DNA from: Trichoplax adhaerens
Lineage: Eukaryota; Animalia; Placozoa
DNA: 64,000 nucleotides
Reading direction: 5' to 3'
Assembly (NCBI RefSeq): GCF_000150275.1
Contig: NW_002060946.1
Location: 6,677,855-6,741,854, forward strand
Part shown: positions 14,338-33,472 of the stretch, piece by piece
Position numbering within the stretch: position 1 is the stretch's first letter
How the letters are laid out: each line of letters begins with the position of its first letter
The notes under the pieces: generated by a model
The model's database searches: none
Told to the model about the DNA's origin: nothing
What the model saw: the letters and a program-made list of their open reading frames with translations, nothing else
Program-made: the position numbers and the translations under genes

Positions 14338-15965
14338 ATCTGATCAATATACCCATCAATACTGATAAAGGTGATTCGCCAAGTAATATCTACGTATCCA
14401 AAACGAAGATCTATCCGAGAAAAGAAATCTGCCGCAAAATTGACAATCAATCATTCATGATTTATCATTTACCGGCAAACAAAAAGATTTAGTCAAATTG
14501 GTACGCTTATTCTGCTGCTGTATTTTTCTGTCATTAGTTCTTTCGCCAATTTCATTTGTCCAGTTAAACAAATATATACTCATACAGTAATTAAACTGTC
14601 CTAACTACTGAGTTTTCTCTACTTGTAATTGTAAATACATTACATCAGGACAGTATACGTATGCTTCCAAATTTTTCCTAATTGAGCTGTTTGTCTCTAA
14701 ATGTTTGGACTTTTGATGCGCTACAATAAAAATTGTATGAGTTTATTGGAAACGTAAAATAGCAATTACTGCTGTCAATAAATACTAATTAGTATTTTAC
14801 TACTGCTTCAATTCATTTGTTTCTATGCTACTGCAATCATTTCTTCTGTTGATCAGAAACAATCAATCACCGTTTAGATTTACAAATTACAACTTGCTAG
14901 TCAGCAACTTACTCGCTCAGACAACATTTGAGCTTATTAATCGCTTACATCGAAGTTACTACGATACAACCATTCCTGCCTGCGATCTTAAACCTGTAAT
15001 ACTGCATATTGATAGGGAGTAGAAGTCAAGTTAAATCTACTAGGCATAGCTTTACTAGTCACGCTAAGCTACATTCGATCGAATTTACGAGTAGTATCAA
15101 TAGAGGGATGCAGCAAGTTTTATAGGTACCTATAGGGCTTTTGCCCTCTTGTTTGCAATTAGTTCTACGTGTACGTATACGTATTATTCAAATTGTACAG
15201 TATTTCCCTGTAGGGGACTGAAGTATTGATCTTGATGATATCGCATAGCCTTCATTTAGTCAAACCCACGTAATAACAGTTATTCTATATCTTGACTATA
15301 TGCCATATGCAGGAAATACACATACGTTTTCCGTCCATCTCACTACAAGTAGACTGTAACAAGAAAATTAACTTTAATAGTTTCATTTCATACAGAGGTG
15401 TTTTTCACTTTCAGCTACAGATACAAGACTAAGAAAAATAGCAAGAAATTCCACCTTCAATAACCCTTTCAACGATACTATATGTTACAGATCGTAGACA
15501 ATCGCATCGCAAGAGAATTGCTTTCATGAACATAGTACTGACAATTTAAATTTACCAATGACTAAGAATTTAATGTCACTGATAAAAGCTAATCCACTTT
15601 CAGATGCATGTTGCTAATATAGGTACATGTACAGATATTTAAGTTCGTATTTTAGTGGTCGGTAGTCTATATAGATACTGCAGCTATCCAATATGAAATA
15701 GTTTACCAATCATGACAATATCTCTGAAAGATGTAATGAATTAAATCACTGACAATCTTCCGAGACTTACTGAAACTGCTAAAAAAAGCATCAATAACGG
15801 TAAGTTATCATCATCTAATGTGCCTATAATACATTAAAGAGATCAACATTCACAAATTGGCTACGTATAATATTCTCTTATACCTCACAGACAAAGAGTT
15901 AATAATATTTTAATACTGTAGCAATCCCAATACCAACTGTAAGATTAAATTAACAATAAACAACC

Positions 15966-22185
<6,220 letters not shown>

Positions 22186-22489
22186 GCATTCCCTAGTAAA
22201 GAGAGAAATTTGAAAAAGGTGTCGATGGTGGATTTCTTCTTCTTCTCAAGCTTATTGGTAGAGAATACAACAAGTAGTTTAGTTGTTTTCTATCTTGAAT
22301 TGGAAAGAATAGCTTAAGCTTCAGAAAAGCTACAAAGCGATGGCGAGAGAGAAGAGTTGTTGGCTGTTTGAACTCAGCAGTAGGGTACAGTACAGTACAG
22401 TACAGGAGTGAGTGATCGAGGAGCATTGACTACACTGCAGACTCTGTACTGTACTGTACAGTATAGTAGACACTCAAGCCAGCGATATG

Positions 22490-23720
22490 GTACTGTACAC
22501 TGTAGGCGCCAGTGGCTTTTTCTCATACAGAATGGTGTATGTCAGTCCGCTCTGTACTGTCTGTAGTGCCGTGGATTGGACTGTGCGAGGGTGTACTGTA
22601 CACTGTAGGCGCCAGTGGCTTTTTCTCATACAGAATGGTGTATATCAGTCCACTCTGTACTGTCTGTAGTGCCGTGGATTGGACTGTGCGAGGGTGTACT
22701 GTACACTGTAGACGCCAGTGGCTTTTTCTCATACAGAATGGTGTATGTCAGTCCACTCTGTACTGTCTGTAGTGCCGTGGATTGGACTGTGCGAGGGTGT
22801 ACTGTACACTGTAGACGCCAGTGGCTTTTTCTCATACAGAATGGTGTATGTCAGTCCACTCTGTACTGTCTGTAGTGCCGTGGATTGGACTGTGCGAGGG
22901 TGTACTGTACACTGTAGACGCCAGTGGCTTTTTCTCATACAGAATGGTGTATGTCAGTCCACTCTGTGCTGTCTGTAGTACCGTGGATTGGACTGTGCCA
23001 GTGTGTCCCTTTTTTACTGTACTGTACTGTACTGTACTGTACTGTACATTGTAGACGCTAGTGGCTTTTTCTCATACAGAATGGTGCATGTCAGTCCACT
23101 CTGTACTGTCTGTAGTACCGTGGATTGGACTGTGCCAGTGTGTCCCGTACTGTACTGTACACTGTAGACGCCGGTGACTTTTTCTCATACAGAATGGTGC
23201 ATGTCAGTCCACTCTGCAATGTCCGTAGTACCGTGGATTAGACTGTGCGAGTGTGTCCCTTTACTGTACTGTACACTGTAGACGCCAGTGGCTTTTTCTC
23301 ATACAGAATGGTGTATGTCAGTCCACTCTGTGCTGTCTGTAGTGCCGTGGATTGGACTGTGCCAGTGTGTCCCTTTTTTACTGTACTGTACTGTACTGTA
23401 CACTGTAGACGCTAGTGGCTTTTTCTCATACAGAATGGTGCATGTCAGTCCACTCTGTACTGTCTGTAGTACCGTGGATTGGACTGTGCCAGTGTGTCCC
23501 GTTTTACTGTACTGTACACTGTAGACGCCGGTGACTTTTTCTCATACAGAATGGTGCATGTCAGTCCACTCTGCAATGTCCGTAGTACCGTGGATTAGAC
23601 TGTGCGAGTGTGTCCCTTTACTGTACTGTACACTGTAGACGCCAGTGGCTTTTTCTCATACAGAATGGTACATGTCAGTCCACTCTATACTATCTGTAGT
23701 ACCGTGGATTGACTGTGCCA
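22490..23720. repeat. Tandem array, about 11 copies of a 103-137-bp unit, upstream of CUL4
   Basis: Unit gtacactgtag.cgccagtggctttttctcatacagaatggtg.atgtcagtccactctgtactg... The first four units are 103 bp. Later units carry variable (actgt)n inserts. Confidence 0.97.
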
Positions 23721-25059
23721 GTGTGTAACCATACCGTACCTTTTTACAGTGTACAGTGTACAGTACTAGACTGTACTGCGGTGTTGTACTGTACTGTAGC
23801 ATACAGTAAAATGGCAGAAAATGGATTTTAGCGCGTAGACGTAGACGTACTTGATGGTGCAATGAAATGATGATTCATTGAAAGGAAACAATTCGCCATC
23901 ACCAGCATATGGGATACAAGTGTGGATAATGCATTCCTCTTTCTACTTTGCTTATCTTAATACTAATGGTATTCAAAATGCATCAAATGATGACGACATA
24001 CTGTATCGTTGTAGGTCAATGTGTAGTATATCAATGGATGAATGATGATGATGATAATTATTTATTTATTTTGGTGGATCACTTGTGGTTGGGCTGGCAT
24101 CCAGTCGATAGACTACTTGTATAGTGAGCAGTCTACTACCATGCATACCTGCACAATAATAGACAGTATAGGCACAAATCACAATATCAGGATAGGATTT
24201 GTACTTATGCTGGAGGTAAGCTTGAATAGGATATTGTATTGTTCTTTGACTTCAGTCAATCTTGACCAATGTGCAGGTAAAAAAAGCCTCTTTGATTCCA
24301 CTACTCCACACCGTGATGAGTTATGGCCGACGACATTACTAGAGAAAGCACAACGAAGTGAAGCCGACTCCACTTCGTTGTGCTTTCTCTTGCGTACTGT
24401 ACTAGTACTAGTACAGTACTGACAGTCATAAACTACAGTACATACTGTAGTTTGGACCACATACTACAGTACATTGTACACTGACGTCACAGTACGTATT
24501 TTAAACTGCTTTCGACAGTACAGTACTGTACTGTACTCTGTAGTCCATGATCCACTTGACCAGGTACTGTATTTTGAAGTGCTTTCTACTTACTAATTAC
24601 TATTATTGATAATATTAGTAACTAATTGTTAGGTATTTAGAAGAGCTTTCTAGTTACTGTACAGTGTACAATACAGCATATACAGCTGTACTGTGCTATT
24701 CTTAAATTAGTAGTGTACAGTAGAAATGAAAAGTGTCTGCCTACAGTACTACAAATCATGTATGCGTACCGCAAAGTCTTTGCAAGTACTAATGAATGTA
24801 CACTGGGTTGTACACCACTTTGAAATGAACTTTGTTCTGAAGGCCTTGATGCTCTACTACAGTATTTTAACGGCGTTCTACTGTACACATGTACACCGTG
24901 AGTCCTTTCTTTCCAGATTTTATAAAATGAAATAACATGATGCAATTTCAATCCATTTGACTCCAGTTATTGGATTAGTACATAGCTTATGAGTCCAAGA
25001 TTTCATATGTGTTCTTCTTCAAATTTGCTTACGTAAAGTACAGTATTGACAGCATAATA

Positions 25060-26110
25060 CTGTACAGTACGCTGCAAAGAAACTGTACCTTCTACAATGT
25101 AAAGTACAGTACTGTACTGAACTTTGTACTCAAGGCCTGGTAGAGTGTTGAGTCCACTGAGTACTGTACGCTGCAAAGAAACTGCACCTTTCTTACAATG
25201 TAAAGTACAGTACTGTACTGGACTGTACACTGTACAGTGTTGAGTCCACTGAGTACTGTACGCTGCAACGAAACTGCACCTTTCTTACAATGTAAAGTAC
25301 TGTACTCGACATTGGCATGAACTTTGTACTGTAGTTTGGTACAGTGTTGAGTCCACTGAGTACTGTACGCTGCAAAGAAACTGCACCTTTCTTACAATGT
25401 AAAGTACTGTACTCGACATTGGCATGAACTTTGTACTGTAGTCTGGTACAGTGTTGAGTCCACTGAGTACTGTACGCTGCAACGAAACTGCACCTTTCTT
25501 ACAGTACAATGTAAAGTACAGTACAGTACTGTACTGAACTTTGTACTCAAGGCATGGTACAGTGTTGAGCCCACTGAGTACTGTACGCTGCAAAGAAACT
25601 GCACCTTTCTTACAATGTAAAGTACAGTACTGTACTGGACTGTACACTGTACAGTGTTGAGTCCACTGAGTACTGTACGCTGCAACGAAACTGCACCTTT
25701 CTTACAATGTAAAGTACTGTACTCGACATTGGCATGAACTTTGTACTGTAGTCTGGTACAGTGTTGAGTCCACTGAGTACTGTACGCTGCAACGAAACTG
25801 CACCTTTCTTACAATGTAAAGTACTGTACTCGACATTGGCATGAACTTTGTACTGTAGTCTGGTACAGTGTTGAGTCCACTGAGTACTGTACGCTGCAAC
25901 GAAACTGCACCTTTCTTACAGTACAGTACAATGTAAAGTACAGTACAGTACTGTACTGAACTTTGTACTCAAGGCCTGGTACAGTGTTGAGCCCACTGAG
26001 TACTGTACGCTGCAAAGAAACTGCACCTTTCTTATAATGTAAAGTACTGTACTGGACTGAACTTTGTACTCAAGGCTTGGTACTGTAGTCTGGTACAGTA
26101 TTGAGTCGAC
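25060..26110. repeat. Tandem array, about 10 copies of a 92-116-bp unit with a 417-bp higher-order period, upstream of the APP-like gene
   Basis: tacgctgca anchors at about 25068, 25167, 25259, 25366, 25473, 25584, 25676, 25783, 25890 and 26006. Confidence 0.95.
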
Positions 26111-26383
26111 GCTGTACTGTGCGCTGTTGACTGCTTGAAAGCAGTCGAAAACAGCCTTTGCCAAGAAATGCTTACAGACAGTATAACACCAATGGAGTGA
26201 ACAAGCACCCCATCCATTCAGTGATGGGCATTTTTAATTTGTAGTCGACTAGCAAATTGCTTCAGTTTTTTTTTTCTTCCTCCATCAGCGAAAGATCTTT
26301 AACGCCAAATTATTCAATTAGTTGAACTAGGAGAAATTCCAAGGTAGTTATTCCTTTCCAATCGCAACATTAAAGGCCAAAAG

Positions 26384-29300
26384 ATGCGAGTAGTCATTCT
26401 ACTGTTTGCCTTGTTCATGGCTTGCGATGGACTTATTAAGGTAAGAAGTTGTTGCACCACCAGTTGGCATGATGATATGGATAATGATGTTACTATCGTC
26501 GTCATAAATTGAGCAAACAAACAAGAAAAAAACAGAATACTCTAATTCTACCAAGACGAAATCCTGTCGTCTTCAATGATGCCAACGAGTACAAGTGCAA
26601 ATAGGACCATCACGGTCAAGATAGAATGACGACGCAGTGAGAAGAACTTGATCTTTCAATTCTTCTTCCTCCGCGTCGTTTTTTTATTTTTTTTCCCCTC
26701 TTGTTTTTGGGGGGTTTTTTCCTCAACTCTTTTGACTTATTTGTCATTTCTACCATGATAGACTAGTGTTCCTAGTGGGTAAGTAAACCAGATTGTTTTT
26801 TCAACGGAGTTTCAATAGAATGGCATGAGACTACAAGTTCATGGAGGAAAGCATTCATGAAATAGGATTCTACTTGGATGGGGCTATAAATGGACGAGTG
26901 ATCTCCTCTAAAAAAAAAATGAGGATAACACGAGTAATCTGCCATCGTTTTCTTTCTTCTTTTTTTTTTTTCTCCCCTTTCATCACTACTTCAACTGCGG
27001 TAGACAGTACTATCATTCTGCAGTCAAGGAAGTAGCCGACAGAGTAAAAACGCTAGACTGTAGACAGTGGTCGTGAAGGGTTTTTTCCCCCTTTCCTTTC
27101 ATTATGCCGCCGTACTAATGACACAATTCTGCTAACGGCAGCGCAAAAGAGAAAATCAACTGGTCATGCCGCCAATCAATCACGATTGCATATGGAAGAC
27201 CCTCCTGTCTCCTGGTCGATCTTATTGCCAATTTCAACCAACGACCAACATGGAAACCATGGCAAAAAAATCTTCTTTTTTTTCCCCCATCGCCATAGGC
27301 GCATAGTACTTGCCAACAACCATACGACTGCAATCCAATCCACGATGTAGCTACGTCGGTTAGTGTTGGTAGATTGAAAAATGCATTCAAGAACATTTCA
27401 AAGTGGAGAAAAGCATTGGATTGCGTGTTGTAATCAAGTGATGGCAAGGAAAATACATCACAATCTTTCGCCCCGTCTCCATTCCCCATTACCATCTTCA
27501 ATCAATATCCTGAACAAATGTCGATCACGCAGCGTTTTAACTTACCGATAGAGAAGAGAAAGTAAATCAATGTGTTACTCTCTTTATCATTGACAAGATG
27601 GAAAGTACTATACAACCATGATAACAGTAGCGCAAAGTTGATTTTAATGCTGTAATCCAGCAACGCTTGCAAAAAAAAAGATTTTCCAATGGATCGTCGT
27701 CGACTTATTCAATCGTGAATTCAACCGACGACACTTTCATATAAACACCAATAGCGTAATGTGGTTTGGATAAGGGACTTCCTGGACACAATGCTGGAAT
27801 AAAGATTGGAAATTAAATCAATTTAGGCCTAGGAAGTAATAAATGAAACCTCTGTCGTAGTTTTTCAAGCCCTCCTTTCCAGGAAAATTTCTCCTTCTTT
27901 CCCCCTTGAATGGATTATCTCTCCTTGTATTACCGATAAAGAATCGCCACTAACCATTTTGCAATCAATCATCATACCTAGTCTGCATGCTTGCTGTCCA
28001 ACTTGATTGGACTGCATTCTATAATATAGAAAACTTGAATATACCAAAGGATGAAAGTTTACTAAACGAGTTGTTACTTTCTGCATGTCTTTCGTCATGG
28101 CATTTGTAAAATTCGGCCATCTTGGATGGGTCTGACTCAATTAGGGAGATTTTGCAACATTTTTATCTTCTTTTGCCAGATTTTCATGACATCCATTTCT
28201 TATCATAAATCCTGCACTGTACAATGTCCATGGAGCCATGAGCTTACACGTTAATTTCGTCCAAAAAGGAAAGCACTATTTATTTATTGATGTTACGTGC
28301 ACTGTTGGAAAGATCAATAGGATTTTGCGATGCCAATCATGAAAGATTTAGTTCAAGGCTGATGCCCACTTGGGTTAAACTAATATGGTATATTTTACCA
28401 ACTGTTTTGGTCGTTAGGAGCACTTTTAGCGTAAGCCAAAGGTTAAATAGTCCTTTTTCAGGAGATGAACCCAGGATAAAACAGTAAATGGAAATAAAGA
28501 AGCTTAACTAATTTTTTTATCCATGCCGAGTTTGACACATGTTAACATGAAAATTGTTTATAGGAAAAATATTGATTGATTCACTACTTTGAAACTGTAA
28601 TATGTGGGTAAGCCCGGTAGATGATAGCAGTTCGTTCGGCATAAACCCTTCTATTTCTACTTTACCAAGATGTCCAAGCACTTTAAAAAGGCTCGGGGTT
28701 CTCCTGTTAATGTCCTTCATATTTTGACACGCAATGGCAATAAAACCTGATCAAGGATACCTTGTACTGAAGCGTTGCATTGTACGCCTAAAAAAATGAC
28801 TCCAACTTGGCTAGTAGCCATTTCACTTTCATGACCCATGGACGCTTATTGAATACAAAAATTGGGAAAGGGATATTTAGATAGCCACAGAAACAACTTA
28901 TTGAATATTGGAATAAAGTGCAATAGAGTACTAAATAGCATAAGCTTTCAGACTCATGGCTGTATACTATTTGCAAGACTTTGTAATTGTAATCATCGCT
29001 AAACTCGACAGGAGCGCAGTCTAAGCACACATTATCAATTAGTTAAGAAAATGATAGATGAGATTTAATTAACTAATCCTTGATGTAAGCCAAACTTTTT
29101 ATTATAAAATGGACCTAGAATACATCATTAATTAATAAGGACGCCGATGTAGAAAGGGTACACGGCTATAAGCCCTAATCCCAACCAACGACTGTGGCTC
29201 ACCATACAGTACACGCTTCGCCAATTTTCAAATCCTATTCCCGACTATTTACCAAGCCAATCAGACATCCAGTGGGCTAAGTCATCTTCGCTGTCGAATT

Positions 29301-32300
29301 ATACTGTAGCGTAAATATTTCTATCCATTAAAGCTCAATTGATCAATAGGATACTAAATATCGCACTGTCAGTCATTTATTTATTACAAAATGACTCTTC
29401 GCTATCCATTTTCAATATCATCGACGTTGATAATAATCATAATCGGATATGCCTTACTCTTATTTCAAGTATAGAACTACAGTAAACGCCAATCTACTCT
29501 CAATATTCTTGAAACTAGACGGTAATAATTAATGAATTCTGTCCAGATGATACCTCGCTTACGCAATTAGCCTACAGGCTAGGGGACAAATCCACCGGGG
29601 GATTTTAAATACGCGTTTAATTTATTCTCCTACATACAATAGCTAGTTATTGTAACATTAAACCATGGCCCAATATATGCCAATAACTACAGCAATTATT
29701 TGGTCAATGGAACAAATCTCCTTCTGTATTGTTGAAGTTAGAGTTAACTTAGGAATAATAGTGAATGCAAGAAATACAAACAGATCCAGCAACGTAGCAA
29801 TGTCATGAAAGAATAGTTTTCAATATCATTTTGAAGCTGTCTATGTTCTTCATTTTAATAGTGGACTGTCTCATTTGTCAAGAAGTTGTAGTTTACATAT
29901 GATAGTTGTATCAGGTCTTACTTGCTATTAAAACTACGTGATATATCCAGTTTATTCCTCTGCACATACATTCAGTGTTACCAGTATTGATTTTCTTTTT
30001 TTTTCTTTATTTTGGTCTGTGTAGAAAGATCCATACGTCCTTCGCGTGACCTTTAATTGCAATAAGGTCCCCAAGTATTATGATCTTGTGTCCAAAGACT
30101 TTGTTGACGATAAAAGTGGTATTGCTCAATGCCCAAAGAATAAAACAGAGGTTTGTATTGGATAAATAAAGGTAACCTAAGAACCATAAACGACTAGTGT
30201 ACAAACAGTGTGATTACGTATCAAATTTAAGCGAGTACTCTAGTAAGGCTGGTTAACCAGCCTTACTAGCCTACATCGAACGATATGCAAAAGTATAAAT
30301 TGGCGTAAAGATACCACCATGTCTTTCTACATACAGTAAATCTCATGATAACGTTGAGTTTTAATCGACTACTTAGCTTTCAGTCGTTAACAACATCTGT
30401 AGTGTTGAACGCCTTTATGGAAGTAATTCAAACTTGATGACTTTGGCGTTATCCTTCAACTAAAATCAATTATTTAAACCTTTCCCTTATCTACTGTGCA
30501 GTAATGGATTGTATTGGTCTTAATTGACTTTCAATTTTATTCCTTAGATTCTAGACTATTGTCGCAAGGTTTATAAAGATTATGACATCGTCAATATCGT
30601 TCATGAGAATATGTATCAGCACTTTAATAACTGGTGCGATAATGAACGCAAAATGTGCTATTTCAGCGGTACAAGTAGGGTTTACCGATGTGTCGGTAAG
30701 TATTGATCGCCTTTTATCCATGACATCTGCCTGATAAATGATATTGTAGTACTACTTTTATAATTGTCTACAACATATCGTGTACAGTGAAAGATTAAAA
30801 TTGTACTAAGCCTATCAATTGCTTCAAGATTAATTTCAAAGTACAAAGTAACAATTACTTTGATGTATAACCAAGAAGAGTTTGAACTACAAGCTTCCTT
30901 GTCTTATTTATAGTTGGGCTCTTTTTTGGTCATGCCGTCTCAGTTCCAGAAGATAAGCATTGCAAGTTTGATTTCGTCATGAATCATACAGGTCCTTGTA
31001 AGGATGAAGATATTTGGGTCAAAATCGCTCATGACAAGTGCCGTGCGACAGGAAAGAATAAAGTGATCCACGAATACTCTCCGCTAGAATATCAAACACC
31101 CACTTTAAGTAAATGTAGCGCTGATCAATACCAAGGCATCCAGTTTAGCTGCTGTAACGCGGACAAACCTGTAAGCATGTTGATAATTTACACTACATTT
31201 TTCAAGTCTGCCCTAATAAATAAATAAATGAATCAATAGTACATCAGAAATTTCAGCAACATATATATTTTATTTCCTATTTTTTCAACATCTCTCCAAA
31301 ATAATCCAATAGGACTTAATTAGTGTGACATATCCGTTATGCTAATTCTAGTATCATTTGCAATATCATCTATGAACGATAATGAAATAATTTGGGGCAG
31401 TACATATATCATATAATAGTGTTGTTTTTATTACAGAAATCAAATCATTCCCATCACATCAATTTCTTCCCCAACGGTATATGTGATTCCAAAACTTTTA
31501 GTCACGTTAGAACTTCACTATTGAAACGAAGAAATGAAAAACTACAGCATACACTAATGCACTTAAAAAAGAAGGAGAAAGCATCGCTATCGCTTCGAAA
31601 CACTACAGCAAAAAGTTTTCTATCTGAGACCCAAAAGCTTTTGTTGATTTTACATCGGCAACACTACGTATGCGCCTACAAGGTAATTAGTAATAAGAAG
31701 AGCAAAATTTTGGAAGCCTTGACCAAGATTCTCAACCAAAGTAACATCAATAAAGCCAAATTGATGAGAGCAGTTGAAAAAGTTATGCGAGTTTTCGGCC
31801 ACGAACACCACTTTTTGATCAGGCAATTTTCCCATTTCAAGCATTTATCACCAAAGGAAGCACCGATACGACGCGCTCAAGATTTAAGGCGTTTACAGAT
31901 TATACATCAAGCATTGGCAGATGTTACCAATATTCTACAGCAGTTCCCGGATCTCCAAAGTATGGTTCGTAACTTCAAGAAGACTCTTATTATACCAGCA
32001 TTAATGTTTCCCCCAACTCACCATAATACTGATGGAAGTATACCAAACATGAAACCAGGAAATAATCAAAATCATAAAGTCCCTGATCATGTTGGAAATA
32101 CAAATGGTATAGGAAACGCTGATCGCGAACCTGTTCCTGATACCGATAAAATTAGCGATAAAAAAGGCATTTCAACAACTGCTATCGTAATCATTGCTGG
32201 TGGCTGTGCTATTATCCTGGTTGCCACCGTCATTATCGCTGCAGTAATCATGAAATCAAACAAGGAACCGGAGAATCCTATGAAGGTTCCACTTACCAAC

Positions 32301-32372
32301 GATTTTGATCCTAAAGACGAAGTAAAGATCAAATGTAACTCTAAATATCAATTTTATGACCCTAATATATAA
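26384..32372 (+). CDS. APP: Amyloid precursor protein family member (APP/APLP-like), 5 coding exons, 507 aa
   Basis: Exons 26384-26440 (signal peptide MRVVILLFALFMACDGLIK), 30025-30150, 30548-30695, 30914-31170 and 31437-32372, with all phases compatible. GFLD: ILDYCRKVY..IVNIV...NNWC...C...YRCVVG. CuBD: VPEDKHCKF...C...W...C...HEY...C..DQYQGIQFSCC. E2: HFKHLSPKEAPIRRAQDLRRLQII. TM: IIAGGCAIILVATVIIAAVIMK. Tail: NSKYQFYD. Assignment of exon 1 is the least certain part. Confidence 0.9.
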
Positions 32373-33472
32373 ATGTCGGAGTAAATGCTGTCTAGCAGTA
32401 ATATCATAGCTGGCTAATTCTGGTAGTATCATTATTCATTTTATTACTATATTCGTATATTAATTGGTTAGCATAAAGCAGATATTTTACTGATCTAAAT
32501 GTACACATCAAGCATTTCTATTATTACAGCAATTTTAATAGGTATGCTGTAACTATCACACTTGAATTCAAACTATCTTGGATTAAAGTATTGTTAGATT
32601 AAAATGCTATGGTCTATTGTCCATCCATGCCACACAGTATATCGAGAAATCGTCAATGGTATCACTACACTAGCACGGACAATGACTATCAATTATGGTA
32701 TTTATTTCTTATTACTGTACTATAATTAATCATCGGTAATGCGCACATCTATGCGAGCACTGTATCGTATAAAACGCAAACATTATAGTAGCAGTTCATA
32801 TTATTACTTGTATATTATAACTGAAAGTATAACATGTAGTCTAGAGTTACTAGACAGCTTTAGGATACGTTCCGACTATAATAGCGATCGTGAAATTGGC
32901 ATCAAGTACATATAAACTGTAGTGATCCAAGGGAGCTAATTTCCAAGCTATTTTATGAGTACTAAATTACCATATACACTACACAGTAAAGGCAACAGTT
33001 GTTGAAAATACTGCAGTTTTAGAGTATTACTTTTTAACTCCCTGTATCTTGTACTGAATGTATATGCCTAAATAGAGTGCACAACTGCAGATGTAATCAA
33101 ATAAAGACCTCGTAGCTGTTAGAGTAAAAGCAAAGAGTGAAATATTCATTGTGTCGTTGTAATAGCTTTTTATTCCTGTAGTGCTTGCTATGGATGACAA
33201 CAGGGTAAACAGATCGAGAGCGAAAAATTATCCGCCGTGACTCTGAAGATGAATTGTTATCGTACGATGTTAATATGACCGCAAATTACAGCTTATTATG
33301 TAACAATACAAAATTAGTATTAATCGGATTTCTATTCTCTGTTGATAAGTACATAAGAAAGACCCTGATTTGCCGCTTTCTTCATACAAAACTTTTTAAA
33401 GTCACAGCAAGGCGAAGCAACCCACCATACAGTATAATAAGTCAGTGCAATTAGAATTTGCATACTAATTCA

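Noticed and set aside
22490-23720. CRISPR-like repeat-spacer appearance
   Set aside because: Whole units repeat with no unique spacers, the context is eukaryotic, and there are no cas genes.
24042-24422. 126-aa ORF with a hydrophobic N-terminus between the two arrays
   Set aside because: It starts in an (atg)n microsatellite, ends in GTAC runs, and has no recognisable homology or consistent exon chain.
22487-26217. Many repeated 60-120-aa ORFs rich in YCTVL/VQYST
   Set aside because: They are translations of tandem arrays and (GTACN)n runs, open on both strands, with no protein-family signal. The same applies to the ORFs at 5426-6295, 38607-39256 and 56683-58696.
30582-30695. ATG-initiated, signal-peptide-like reading MTSSISFMRIC...
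   Set aside because: Its phase is incompatible with the next exon. The alternative frame from the acceptor at 30547 encodes the APP GFLD.
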